Below, piece after piece: positions 6,708-14,685 of a stretch of 50,874 nt of DNA. Below the pieces are notes generated by a model. It did no database searches. It was given only the letters and a program-made list of their open reading frames with translations, and was not told the origin of the DNA. The translations under genes and the position numbers were made by a program. Location: positions 1-50,874 of the IMG/VR virus record IMGVR_UViG_3300036783_000164. One strand, 5' to 3'. Each line of letters starts with the position of its first letter. Position 1 is the stretch's first letter. The DNA comes from a virus.

Positions 6708-7655
6708 GTGAAAAAAGGATACGTAATAATCAACGCCCAACAAAAAGGTGGAGTTGGAAAAACAACTGATTCGTGTATGGAATCTCTTGTGGCTTCTTTA
6801 ATCTTTAATAAGAAAGTTTTATTTATTGATACTGATCTTCAAGGGAACGGTACAACGTTTTTAGCGAAATCATTTAATATTACCGAAATGCAAAAGACAT
6901 TAATGAAGTGTCTTGAAGATGGAGACTTGTCAGAAGGTATTGTGCAACTTCATAAAAATCTAGATATGATTCCATGCGGATATGATATGAGGAAATACAC
7001 TGACTTCTTAATCGAAACTTTCAACACGATTGAAGACAGAACTTTTTACCTTTCTAGACTACTAGAAAAAATCAAATATAACTACGACTACATATTCATT
7101 GATATCCCACCTTCAACAGATTTAAAAGTGGATAATGCTATGGTTGCCAGTGATTACATTATTGTTGTTCAAGAAACTCAACAATTTTCATATGAAGGAA
7201 GTCAACGTTTAATCTTTGAATACATCCAAACGTTAGTTGATGATTTCGGATCACTCGTAAAGATGCAAGTCGCTGGAGTACTTCCGGTATTACTACAACA
7301 AAAACGTGCTTTACACAAAGAAATTGTTAAAAGTACAATTGCTACTTTTGGTGAAGAAAACGTATTTACTACGATTATAAATAACCACGCCCGATTAGAA
7401 TGGTATCCACGAATTGGACTGCAATTTGAAGATCATCATGATAAGAGAATGCTAGCTTTATTCTGTGACATTTTCTGTGAGTTGGAAGAAAGAATTCACC
7501 TTTTCGAAATTGAGGGAGATATAGAAGCTGGATATAGATATACTCCAAAGTATTTAGTGGACAACAAGCTAACGAAATTAGGGAAGGGGATTGACATAAG
7601 TGGCTTTAATCAAAAGGGAAACACCGCAAGAACCGAAAATAGCACAATCTGCTAA
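6708..7655 (+). CDS. parA: ParA/Soj-family partition ATPase
   Basis: Deviant Walker A NAQQKGGVGKTT. GTG start preceded by AAAGGAG. The gene is flanked by repeat arrays. Confidence 0.85.
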   Translation: MKKGYVIINAQQKGGVGKTTDSCMESLVASLIFNKKVLFIDTDLQGNGTTFLAKSFNITEMQKTLMKCLEDGDLSEGIVQLHKNLDMIPCGYDMRKYTDFLIETFNTIEDRTFYLSRLLEKIKYNYDYIFIDIPPSTDLKVDNAMVASDYIIVVQETQQFSYEGSQRLIFEYIQTLVDDFGSLVKMQVAGVLPVLLQQKRALHKEIVKSTIATFGEENVFTTIINNHARLEWYPRIGLQFEDHHDKRMLALFCDIFCELEERIHLFEIEGDIEAGYRYTPKYLVDNKLTKLGKGIDISGFNQKGNTARTENSTIC

Positions 7656-7899
7656 TACAGAAAGAAATGTTCAGAGTACAAATAATAACACCACGCCCCA
7701 AAAGAAAGTTTTAACAGCACAAGATAGAAAGAACATAAAAGTAACTCCTGAATCATTTAGCAAAATTAAAACCATTTGTACAATGAAGAGTATGAAGAAT
7801 TATGAATTCATTGATGAAATTTTAGAGTTCTACATTGCTAATAATTTAACTGAGCGTGAGCAACGTATACTTAAAAATATAACTTCTAGTAACAAGTAG
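7600..7899 (+). CDS. Small partition partner (ParB/ParG-like centromere-binding protein candidate)
   Basis: 99 aa with a GTG start overlapping the parA 3' end. Basic, low-complexity N-terminus and a helical C-terminus. The call rests on position only. Confidence 0.45.
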   Translation: MALIKRETPQEPKIAQSANTERNVQSTNNNTTPQKKVLTAQDRKNIKVTPESFSKIKTICTMKSMKNYEFIDEILEFYIANNLTEREQRILKNITSSNK

Positions 7900-7934
7900 A
7901 TATGAGGAAATCCCGTCCTCATAGCATTCCTTTA

Positions 7935-7987
7935 TGTATCTTTGTATCTTTGTATCTTTGTATCTAAAGATACATGTATCTTTTTTT
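7935..7987. repeat. Inverted-orientation array TGTATCTT x4 plus palindrome TGTATCT-aa-AGATACA plus TGTATCTT
   Basis: Read directly: tgtatctttgtatctttgtatctttgtatctaaagatacatgtatcttttttt. It is the reverse complement of the repeat unit upstream of parA. Confidence 0.85.
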
Positions 7988-8213
7988 AAAAGGGACACTA
8001 ATATTCATACTGTATATCGAGTGAAGCTGAAGAAAAGTCGAGAATAGGTATAAGGTTTAACTTTATACCTATCTAAATAAACTCATTTATAAAAAGCAAA
8101 AGGGAGATAAGCATAACGCTTGTCTTTTTTATTTATTCTCAAAGGTTTTTAGGGAGGATTGTAGATTCTTAGGGAGAATGTTGCAATAGGAACGAAAGGG
8201 GGAACGGATATAA

Positions 8214-8834
8214 ATGGATCAGGAACAGTGGAACGGGAATCGTGACTCATTAGAGAAATCTTATTGGACTAAGGAAGTTGCTGAGACACTTGGTATAAGT
8301 GATAGCTATTTACGTAAATGGTGTTTGGAACTTGAGAAGAACGGGTACAAATTTATCAAAGTTAAGGACGGAAAGAACAGAGAGAACCGAGCTTTCACGG
8401 AACACGACTTGATTGCATTGCGAAAGTTTCAATCCCTTATCGGGAACGCAGGAACGACACGTTCTATGGCCGCTAAAGTCATTGCTGAAGAGTACAGTTC
8501 AGAAGATAGGAACGGTGGAACGGGGGGTGTTCCTGCACCTCTTATTAGAGATAATGATCGTGAGAAAGCCTTGGAGGAACTGAAACAACTAGCATTCACT
8601 GCTTGGAAAGATGAATTAAAATCAGAGCTTAGAGAAGAGATTAAACAAGAGCTTAAAGAAGAAATACAGCAACAAATGAACGAGGGAATACAATCAGCAG
8701 AGGAACGTCTTGGTGAACGTTTAAAGAGCCATGACGAATTACTCATGCAAACGATTCGCGAACAACAAGAGACTAAAAAGATGTTAGTTGCAGCGCAGGA
8801 AAAGAAGAAATGGTGGCAATTCTGGATTAAATAA
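8214..8834 (+). CDS. MerR-like HTH protein with C-terminal coiled coil (DUF3967-like)
   Basis: YWTKEVAETLGISDSYLRKWCLELEKNGY is a MerR-type HTH. The C-terminal part is an EELK-rich coiled coil. Confidence 0.6.
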   Translation: MDQEQWNGNRDSLEKSYWTKEVAETLGISDSYLRKWCLELEKNGYKFIKVKDGKNRENRAFTEHDLIALRKFQSLIGNAGTTRSMAAKVIAEEYSSEDRNGGTGGVPAPLIRDNDREKALEELKQLAFTAWKDELKSELREEIKQELKEEIQQQMNEGIQSAEERLGERLKSHDELLMQTIREQQETKKMLVAAQEKKKWWQFWIK

Positions 8835-8836
8835 AA

Positions 8837-8862
8837 AGCCCTGCATATGCAGGGCTTTTTTT
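8837..8862 (+). terminator. Rho-independent terminator
   Basis: AGCCCTGCATATGCAGGGCT followed by TTTTTTT. Confidence 0.8.
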
Positions 8863-8973
8863 ATATTCTACATCCTTATGCAATTACATAACATAGATAT
8901 AGTCCGTTACCCCTGTAACTCTTCCTAACTTCGACCGTACAACTGGGTGTGCTGTTTAGTTAGGGAAGAGTTA

Positions 8974-9582
8974 CTATATTTTCGTTGCAAGACTCTCCAT
9001 AAAATTGTTAATTGAAGAAGCTTGATAGATTCGTAAATTAGAAGAATTAATATCATACTGCTTATCAGTAATGATGAGGATCGATGGAAAGTATTTAGTT
9101 CCTTTCGGTTGCCACGATTCGTTGTGCCATTCCTGACTGTGGAAGTATAATTCATACCTGTTGATTTTATCTTGCATAATCTTTTTACTGTAAACTGACT
9201 TTTGAACTTCAATGAAGAATGGAGATCTGCGCCATATTGTAAATGCATCAGGTTCCATAAATTCTTTTCCATATTTCGGTTCAACTTTAAATAGTTTTGG
9301 TTTTTCATAATGGATAAGCTGTTTATAAACGTCCACGATACCAAGAAAATGAGGAATCTTTTGGCTAGTTTTTCGAAGTGTGCTAGGTTGGGGAAAATAT
9401 ATAAATGGCTGCTGTATGATATTGGCATCCACATGACCATCTCTTCTTAATCGTTTCATCACTGTATTACAGCAAGTAACCGCGTTTTTTACCCCTTGAA
9501 AATGCAAATCTATAATGTCATTACGTGACATACATCTGAAGCGTTTCAAATCGCCCAGTATCGCTTTATCTCTACTCTTCAT
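8974..9582 (-). CDS. Replication-relaxation family protein
   Basis: 202 aa. N-terminal wHTH-like ILGDLKRFRCMSRNDIIDL. It overlaps the upstream FtsK-like gene, a pairing typical of B. cereus-group phages (from memory). Confidence 0.65.
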   Translation of the reverse strand: MKSRDKAILGDLKRFRCMSRNDIIDLHFQGVKNAVTCCNTVMKRLRRDGHVDANIIQQPFIYFPQPSTLRKTSQKIPHFLGIVDVYKQLIHYEKPKLFKVEPKYGKEFMEPDAFTIWRRSPFFIEVQKSVYSKKIMQDKINRYELYFHSQEWHNESWQPKGTKYFPSILIITDKQYDINSSNLRIYQASSINNFMESLATKI

Positions 9583-10738
9583 AATCTAACACCCCAAACA
9601 ATTGATTCTCTTCTCGTGGAGGATTCTGGTGCTTCATATCCTCTTTAGGAATGCGATAAGGTTCAACGATTTGTTTCGCTTTGCTTAATTCTAAATAAGG
9701 AGCTTGCACTTTCTTTAATCCATTTAATTTCAATATCATTTGGCCCGATTGCTCTAAATGTTCTGAACCAGGTGTACCCATGATATTACTGTTAATCGTA
9801 CTATCACATTTAAAGCCCATTCTTACCGTCATATTGAGTTTTAACTTACCATCTAATACTTTTGCGTCAGGACGTTGCATACTGAGCATAAGGAAGACAC
9901 CAAGTGATCTGCCGACTGCCGATATTTTTTCGATTGTGGACATACATTCTTTTTCATCTTGCAACATAGCTACTTCGTCAATAGCAAGTAAAATATATGG
10001 TTTCTGATTGTCAGGATTCATTTTGTTGTATTCATCAATATGATCTACTTCATACTCTTCCATCAATTTTCTACGTTCGCGTATTTCCTTCCACATTTTC
10101 TGCAGCATGATCTTCATTTCGATTTCTTCCATGCAAACATCTTTTACGTGTTTCACTCTTCGCAAAAAATGAAATTCAGAATTCTTCAAGTCGCCCAGGT
10201 ACAAATGTAATTTATCCGGAGACATGTATTGAATGAGTGTGGACAGAACAACACGTACCATACTACTTTTACCGCTGCCTGTTTCCCCAGCTATCAGTAA
10301 ATGTGGTGTATTTGAATCAACCATGTCATACACAATCATGTGTCCGAATTGGTCACGACCCACCACAACAGGAAGACGATGTTGTTTTAGTAATGGCTGC
10401 CATTGTTTATAGTTGTAATTGTATGGTTGCAGTCCTGCATCTGAATGAAACACATTGAGTACAAACCGCTTAATATCACCTTCAATCGCTACGTTACGCC
10501 CTAATATTTGTTGAAAGCAAAACCATTTCTTTTCAATTGTCTTAGGATCCAAACCATTTGGAATAGTAAATACATATCGAATATTTTCTTGTGTGGAAGA
10601 AATGGAATGTATTTTTGGATAAATAGGTACTTTCCCACCTCTCGTTTGATGGTCCACAAATAAACCTGCTTTTCCAAATACCTCTATAAGTTGATTCTTC
10701 AAACTTTGTTTATGAAACCAATCCTTTACAATCCCCAT
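9572..10738 (-). CDS. FtsK/SpoIIIE-family DNA translocase ATPase
   Basis: Walker A GETGSGKSS and Walker B LLAIDEVAML. Start moved to MGIVKDW (10738), which is preceded by AAGGGGGG. Confidence 0.85.
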   Translation of the reverse strand: MGIVKDWFHKQSLKNQLIEVFGKAGLFVDHQTRGGKVPIYPKIHSISSTQENIRYVFTIPNGLDPKTIEKKWFCFQQILGRNVAIEGDIKRFVLNVFHSDAGLQPYNYNYKQWQPLLKQHRLPVVVGRDQFGHMIVYDMVDSNTPHLLIAGETGSGKSSMVRVVLSTLIQYMSPDKLHLYLGDLKNSEFHFLRRVKHVKDVCMEEIEMKIMLQKMWKEIRERRKLMEEYEVDHIDEYNKMNPDNQKPYILLAIDEVAMLQDEKECMSTIEKISAVGRSLGVFLMLSMQRPDAKVLDGKLKLNMTVRMGFKCDSTINSNIMGTPGSEHLEQSGQMILKLNGLKKVQAPYLELSKAKQIVEPYRIPKEDMKHQNPPREENQLFGVLDYEE

Positions 10739-10749
10739 ACGTTCCCCCC

Positions 10750-10944
10750 TTAAAACATAATTACGAGCCTGATAAATACATAACCAATGAAACAAACTCC
10801 ACCTATTCTCATTCCGTGATACATTCCATCACTCAAAAGTTTAGCTGCTGCAACGTGATCATTCTTTACAAGGTGCTTTTCTAATATCGCCCCACCAATT
10901 GTCGTTACTCCCAAAACTCCTAAAGAAACAAATGTAGTTAACAT
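10750..10944 (-). CDS. Small membrane protein
   Basis: 64 aa with two hydrophobic segments. First gene of the FtsK operon. SD ggggag lies upstream. Confidence 0.5.
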   Translation of the reverse strand: MLTTFVSLGVLGVTTIGGAILEKHLVKNDHVAAAKLLSDGMYHGMRIGGVCFIGYVFIRLVIMF

Positions 10945-11010
10945 ATAAAACTCCCCTTTATAAACAGATTTTTAAACACTGATGATATATGGGTTTAACG
11001 CCTCAAAACC

Positions 11011-11154
11011 TTGATAGTGTTACTTTGATAGCTAACTTGATAGCTACTTTGATAGTACAAATACTAGTTACCTTGATAGCAATTAAGCTATTTACTTTGA
11101 TATCTACTTTGATATTAAGTTTGATAGCTACTTTGGTAGCAACCTTGATATAGC
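11011..11154. repeat. About 10 direct copies of (C)TTTGATAGC(T) at 11-12 bp (some 22-24 bp) spacing
   Basis: Read directly: ttgatagtgttactttgatagctaacttgatagctactttgatagta...ccttgatagca...ctttgatatctactttgatattaagtttgatagctactttggtagcaaccttgatatagc. Confidence 0.85.
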
Positions 11155-11258
11155 ATATTGTGGATGGCTTGTACAATATTCAAACTTTCGTGAAGTTTAA
11201 AAAGTTTAATTTTGGTACAGACTTGTTAGCAATTATGAAAGTAAGGGAGAGAAAAAGG

Positions 11259-11483
11259 ATGTTTGGACTAGGGAAACCACGTTCACGTTTTAAAAAATTT
11301 CTTGATAAAAACGGTCTTTCACAACAAGACGTAGTGAAGGAGAGTGGGGTTAACAGAGGAACAATTAGTCGAATATGCCAGGGCGACGCATTTCAACCTT
11401 CATTGAAGAACGGGAATAAAATTATAAAGGCTTTAAAAAAGTTAACGGGGAAAAATGTTGATTATAACGATTTCTGGATGTAA
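11259..11483 (+). CDS. Small HTH DNA-binding protein
   Basis: FLDKNGLSQQDVVKESGVNRGTISRICQG is an HTH motif. Start moved to the ATG at 11259, which is preceded by AGGGAGAG. Confidence 0.6.
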   Translation: MFGLGKPRSRFKKFLDKNGLSQQDVVKESGVNRGTISRICQGDAFQPSLKNGNKIIKALKKLTGKNVDYNDFWM

Positions 11484-11552
11484 TTAGAAAAAAGAATCTT
11501 ACAATTTTCTTCTTAAATTGGTATGATTTACTTAATTTAAGGGGGCGGTCTT

Positions 11553-11879
11553 GTGGAATTACGAACAACAGCAGATGGAAATTCATATATCATTGAAGTT
11601 GAGAAAAAGAAAGCTTCTAAAAAAGGGATTATAGCTCGTTCGTTAACACTATTAACAGGTTCATTTTTTATCCTTATAGGAATTATTCTATCCATAACAA
11701 TAATAGGTGCAATTGTTGGTATACCGTTAATTATATTCGGTCTGCCTTTTGTTTTCGCTTCTCTAGGATATCAACGTGTAGAATGTCCTAATTGCAATAG
11801 AAAACAGACAGTGAAAAAGGGTATTGGCAATTTTAAGTGTCATAGTTGTGAGAAAAACACATTAATTGAGTGGAAATAA
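11553..11879 (+). CDS. Membrane protein with C-terminal zinc ribbon
   Basis: Long hydrophobic stretch LLTGSFFILIGIILSITIIGAIVGIPLIIFGLPFVFA, then CPNC...CHSC. GTG start after AAGGGGG. Confidence 0.6.
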   Translation: MELRTTADGNSYIIEVEKKKASKKGIIARSLTLLTGSFFILIGIILSITIIGAIVGIPLIIFGLPFVFASLGYQRVECPNCNRKQTVKKGIGNFKCHSCEKNTLIEWK

Positions 11880-11895
11880 TAAGGGGAGAACTGCT

Positions 11896-11988
11896 ATGAA
11901 AGTTATTCGTTTTATTTTTAACGGATTTCGTATAATGAGTAAAATCATGAATCCAATATTAAAGGCATTATCTAAAAGTAAATTCTAA
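11896..11988 (+). CDS. Possible 30-aa peptide
   Basis: Sequence MKVIRFIFNGFRIMSKIMNPILKALSKSKF. SD AAGGGGAG is 8 nt upstream. Below the track cutoff. Confidence 0.3.
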   Translation: MKVIRFIFNGFRIMSKIMNPILKALSKSKF

Positions 11989-12006
11989 TTACATAGAAAT
12001 AAAAAA

Positions 12007-12037
12007 AGCCGCCCAATAGGACGGCTCTTATTTTTTT
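12007..12037. terminator. Bidirectional terminator between convergent units
   Basis: AAAAAAAGCCGCCC-aata-GGACGGCT-cttATTTTTTT. Confidence 0.65.
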
Positions 12038-12803
12038 ATTTCACTTCATACCACCAACCTTTACGGTCAAGGTATTCTTTCATTGCTTTTAATTGCGCAT
12101 CTGATGTTGGATCAGAAATAAAATATGTTAATCCATCGGGTTCTAAAATGAATTTAGCGGTCATTTTTAAGGAAGTTAACGCCCCTGTAACATCAGGAGT
12201 TTCATAAGGTGAAAAAGCACCTGATTGGATAATGTTTTGTTTAGATTGTGGAGTAGGTTGACTTGTACCAGAAGATTGAATTGATTTACCCACAATAACC
12301 TCTGCTACAGCTTTAGCCGCTTTATCAAAATTAGCGTGGTACTTTTGCATATCCGTTTCATTATCGATAAAACAAATCTCTGGTAATAGTCCTGTTTTAG
12401 TCTTATTAATCCACCCTAATTCCGTAGAAAACTTAATTCCTCGGTCCCTTAAACCAAACGCATCAGCCATAGCCTTTGAAATCTTTGCTGCTAATTCTTT
12501 ATTACCATATGAAGGATGCAACCATACTTCGCACCCTGTCCCTCCTGGAGTCGCATTTAAATGAAACTGTAAATCTACATCACTATCTTTCACTCGTAAA
12601 TGATTATCAGCTGCGTTGCTCCATACTGCTGTTTTTGTCGTCCCTACTTCATCAGAACAGTTAACATATTTCCATCCTGCTGCTTGTACATAATTTGCTA
12701 CAGCATCCAAGAAACGTCTATCCTCTACATGTTCAATTCCATATTCACTATTAGCACCTGGTACAATTTTATTATGACCACCTGAACCTGCAAAACAACC
12801 CAT
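12036..12803 (-). CDS. Endolysin, N-acetylmuramoyl-L-alanine amidase with C-terminal cell-wall-binding domain
   Basis: The amidase-type N-terminal domain runs from GSGGHNKIVPGA to EICFIDNETD. It sits directly downstream of the holin with an ATGA overlap. Confidence 0.8.
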   Translation of the reverse strand: MGCFAGSGGHNKIVPGANSEYGIEHVEDRRFLDAVANYVQAAGWKYVNCSDEVGTTKTAVWSNAADNHLRVKDSDVDLQFHLNATPGGTGCEVWLHPSYGNKELAAKISKAMADAFGLRDRGIKFSTELGWINKTKTGLLPEICFIDNETDMQKYHANFDKAAKAVAEVIVGKSIQSSGTSQPTPQSKQNIIQSGAFSPYETPDVTGALTSLKMTAKFILEPDGLTYFISDPTSDAQLKAMKEYLDRKGWWYEVK

Positions 12804-13228
12804 TATTCAACCTCTCCTTTTTTCTCTACTTGTTTTTGTTTGCCACCTAAAATCTCAACTGCATTCGTTAGTGCTGACGGTAAAGGGATTCCCATACGTC
12901 CTGCATTTTCTAAAAGAGACAACAACTCATTTCCGATAAAGAAGAAAATTGTCGCTTCACGAATGGCGCTATTGCTTCCGAACGCTGAATCTAACTGCGC
13001 TGCAACTCCAACCAAAAGAAAAAGCACCACCTTTTTGGCGATGCCTTTGAATCCCACTTTACTTTTCAACTCTCCGTTATATCCTGCTGCGAATACTCCT
13101 GTGATATAGTCGATAGCTGCCATGATAACTAGAACTTTCAATGTTGTATCCCATCCTCCCAAAAAGTACCCGCAAAACGCTCCGAATGTAGCTATAAATG
13201 TTTTCATTAACACATCAATACGATCCAT
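12803..13228 (-). CDS. Holin (phage_holin_4_1 / LL-H-like)
   Basis: 141 aa with three or four TM segments. FKGIAKKVVLFLLVGVAAQLD is typical of this family. Charged C-terminus. Confidence 0.8.
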   Translation of the reverse strand: MDRIDVLMKTFIATFGAFCGYFLGGWDTTLKVLVIMAAIDYITGVFAAGYNGELKSKVGFKGIAKKVVLFLLVGVAAQLDSAFGSNSAIREATIFFFIGNELLSLLENAGRMGIPLPSALTNAVEILGGKQKQVEKKGEVE

Positions 13229-13386
13229 CTTTTCGCTCCTTTTCTAAAAATAAAAAAGTCTGCTATAAGCACGCTTTGGTTTGTTGTAAAAGCCGTATTT
13301 TATATAAAATTAATATATTAAACTGTTTATCACCTCACCTTTGGTATAAAGTTATATTGAATTAAGAAGAAAGGTGATGAAATAAG

Positions 13387-14013
13387 TTGACTGAAAAATT
13401 AAGTTTGAAGGAGAAAGCAGAAATAGCTATTCAAACAGGTTTACAACTAGTTCCATATGTTGGCCCTTCTTTGTCTGCTGCCTATTTTGGAACTAAACAA
13501 GAAAAACGTTTTAAACGCATCGAGTCATTTTATCAAGAGTTCTCAGAAGAAATCAAACAGCTTAACCTACAATTACCGCCAATTGATATTCATGACAAAG
13601 AGAAACTCGTTTCCATTATGGAAGAATTAAATGATAAAATTGAGAGAGAACATAGTGAACAAAAAAGGAATTATTTTAAGAAATATTTATTTAGCACACT
13701 TAACTCGCCAACGACTAATAATTTTGATGAGAGACGATTCTTTTTGGATGCTTTAGCTAATATGACTCTTTTAGAGTGTGATATTTTAATGTTTTTGCAC
13801 CAACAAAGAGAATTTATTAAAGTCGGAAGTATAAGTGCAGACGGAATAAACCAATATGCTATAGTTGGTGCAATTGGCCGTTTGAAAACGTATGGATTAC
13901 TAAGATCTGAAACACATTCATTCAGCATTGGTGGTGGTAGTGATAATGCTTTAAATGAAGCTGTTATTATTAGCGATTTCGGGTTAAGATTCATACATTA
14001 TTGTTTAGAATAA
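13387..14013 (+). CDS. Hypothetical protein (moron between the lysis and tail modules)
   Basis: 208 aa. TTG start after AAAGGTGATG. Opposite strand to its neighbours and has its own terminator. The C-terminus resembles a winged helix (ECDILMFLHQQ...GRLKTYGLLR). Confidence 0.55.
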   Translation: MTEKLSLKEKAEIAIQTGLQLVPYVGPSLSAAYFGTKQEKRFKRIESFYQEFSEEIKQLNLQLPPIDIHDKEKLVSIMEELNDKIEREHSEQKRNYFKKYLFSTLNSPTTNNFDERRFFLDALANMTLLECDILMFLHQQREFIKVGSISADGINQYAIVGAIGRLKTYGLLRSETHSFSIGGGSDNALNEAVIISDFGLRFIHYCLE

Positions 14014-14018
14014 CACCT

Positions 14019-14045
14019 AAACCTGAGGGAACTCAGGTTTTTTTA
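14019..14045 (+). terminator. Rho-independent terminator
   Basis: AAACCTGAG-ggaa-CTCAGGTTT followed by TTTTTAT. Confidence 0.8.
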
Positions 14046-14236
14046 TTTAAATAAAATATAATACTAAAACACAAAAAAATATAAAATAACCAAACTAACC
14101 AATATTTAATTAAATGTTGTAAAGGGGTTAGGTTGATTAGGTCCTGAAAAAAGTGAACTATGTTCATTTCATCACCTCTGTTTAAAGTCGCATTACATAT
14201 ATTAAAAAACAACCACATCAAATATACAGTTATTTT

Positions 14237-14367
14237 TAGCGGGTAGGGATTTGCACCCTACATGTGCTGTTAGTTCCTCTTTTACGCCTCATTTAACTAC
14301 GGGCCTCACTACCGTAGCACACGATCCTTTAAAAAGGTAACTGCGTCTACCTATTCCGCCACCGCTA
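14237..14367 (-). ncRNA. tRNA-like element (class II/Leu-like D-arm and a T-arm, non-canonical middle)
   Basis: On the minus strand, TAGCGG-TG-GCGGAATAGGTAGACGC reads as acceptor plus D-arm. At the 3' end, GTAGGG-TGCAAAT-CCCTAC-CCGCTA reads as T-arm plus acceptor. Between them about 80 nt form stems GTGTGCT/AGCACAT and CTACGG/CCGTAG, with no canonical anticodon stem. Confidence 0.5.
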
Positions 14368-14395
14368 TATATATTTGTTATTTATAAAAAATGAA

Positions 14396-14671
14396 TTAAG
14401 GATAATCTAAATGGACAGCATCAGGGAAAATCGTTTTTAAGTAATCATATCCTTGTACGTGATAGTTATAAGATCTCTCAGATATATCCGGTTGGAAATC
14501 AAACAGCCTCACATCGATTACTGGTCTTTCTTCTAAGTAAGCTTCTTTTGAAATATATAATTTTAACTCAATTGTCATCGTAGTATTGCCGTTCAGATTT
14601 GTAATAATCGCAAACGCATTTTCTGCAATTAAACCATTATTTAAAACGTATTTGGGGATTTCTAATGCCAT
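14396..14671 (-). CDS. Hypothetical protein downstream of the tail fibre
   Basis: 91 aa. SD ggaggaag lies upstream. Last gene of the tail operon. Confidence 0.65.
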   Translation of the reverse strand: MALEIPKYVLNNGLIAENAFAIITNLNGNTTMTIELKLYISKEAYLEERPVIDVRLFDFQPDISERSYNYHVQGYDYLKTIFPDAVHLDYP

Positions 14672-14685
14672 GTAACTTCCTCCTT

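Noticed and set aside
8925-9440. 171-aa ORF overlapping the replication-relaxation gene in another frame
   Set aside because: It is a same-strand shadow frame of the better-supported 8974-9582 ORF, with low-complexity, unlikely protein sequence.
14033-14221. 62-aa minus-strand ORF next to the tRNA-like element
   Set aside because: It is very AT-rich, has no SD, and overlaps the terminator of gene 13387-14013. It could be a small membrane peptide, but support is insufficient.
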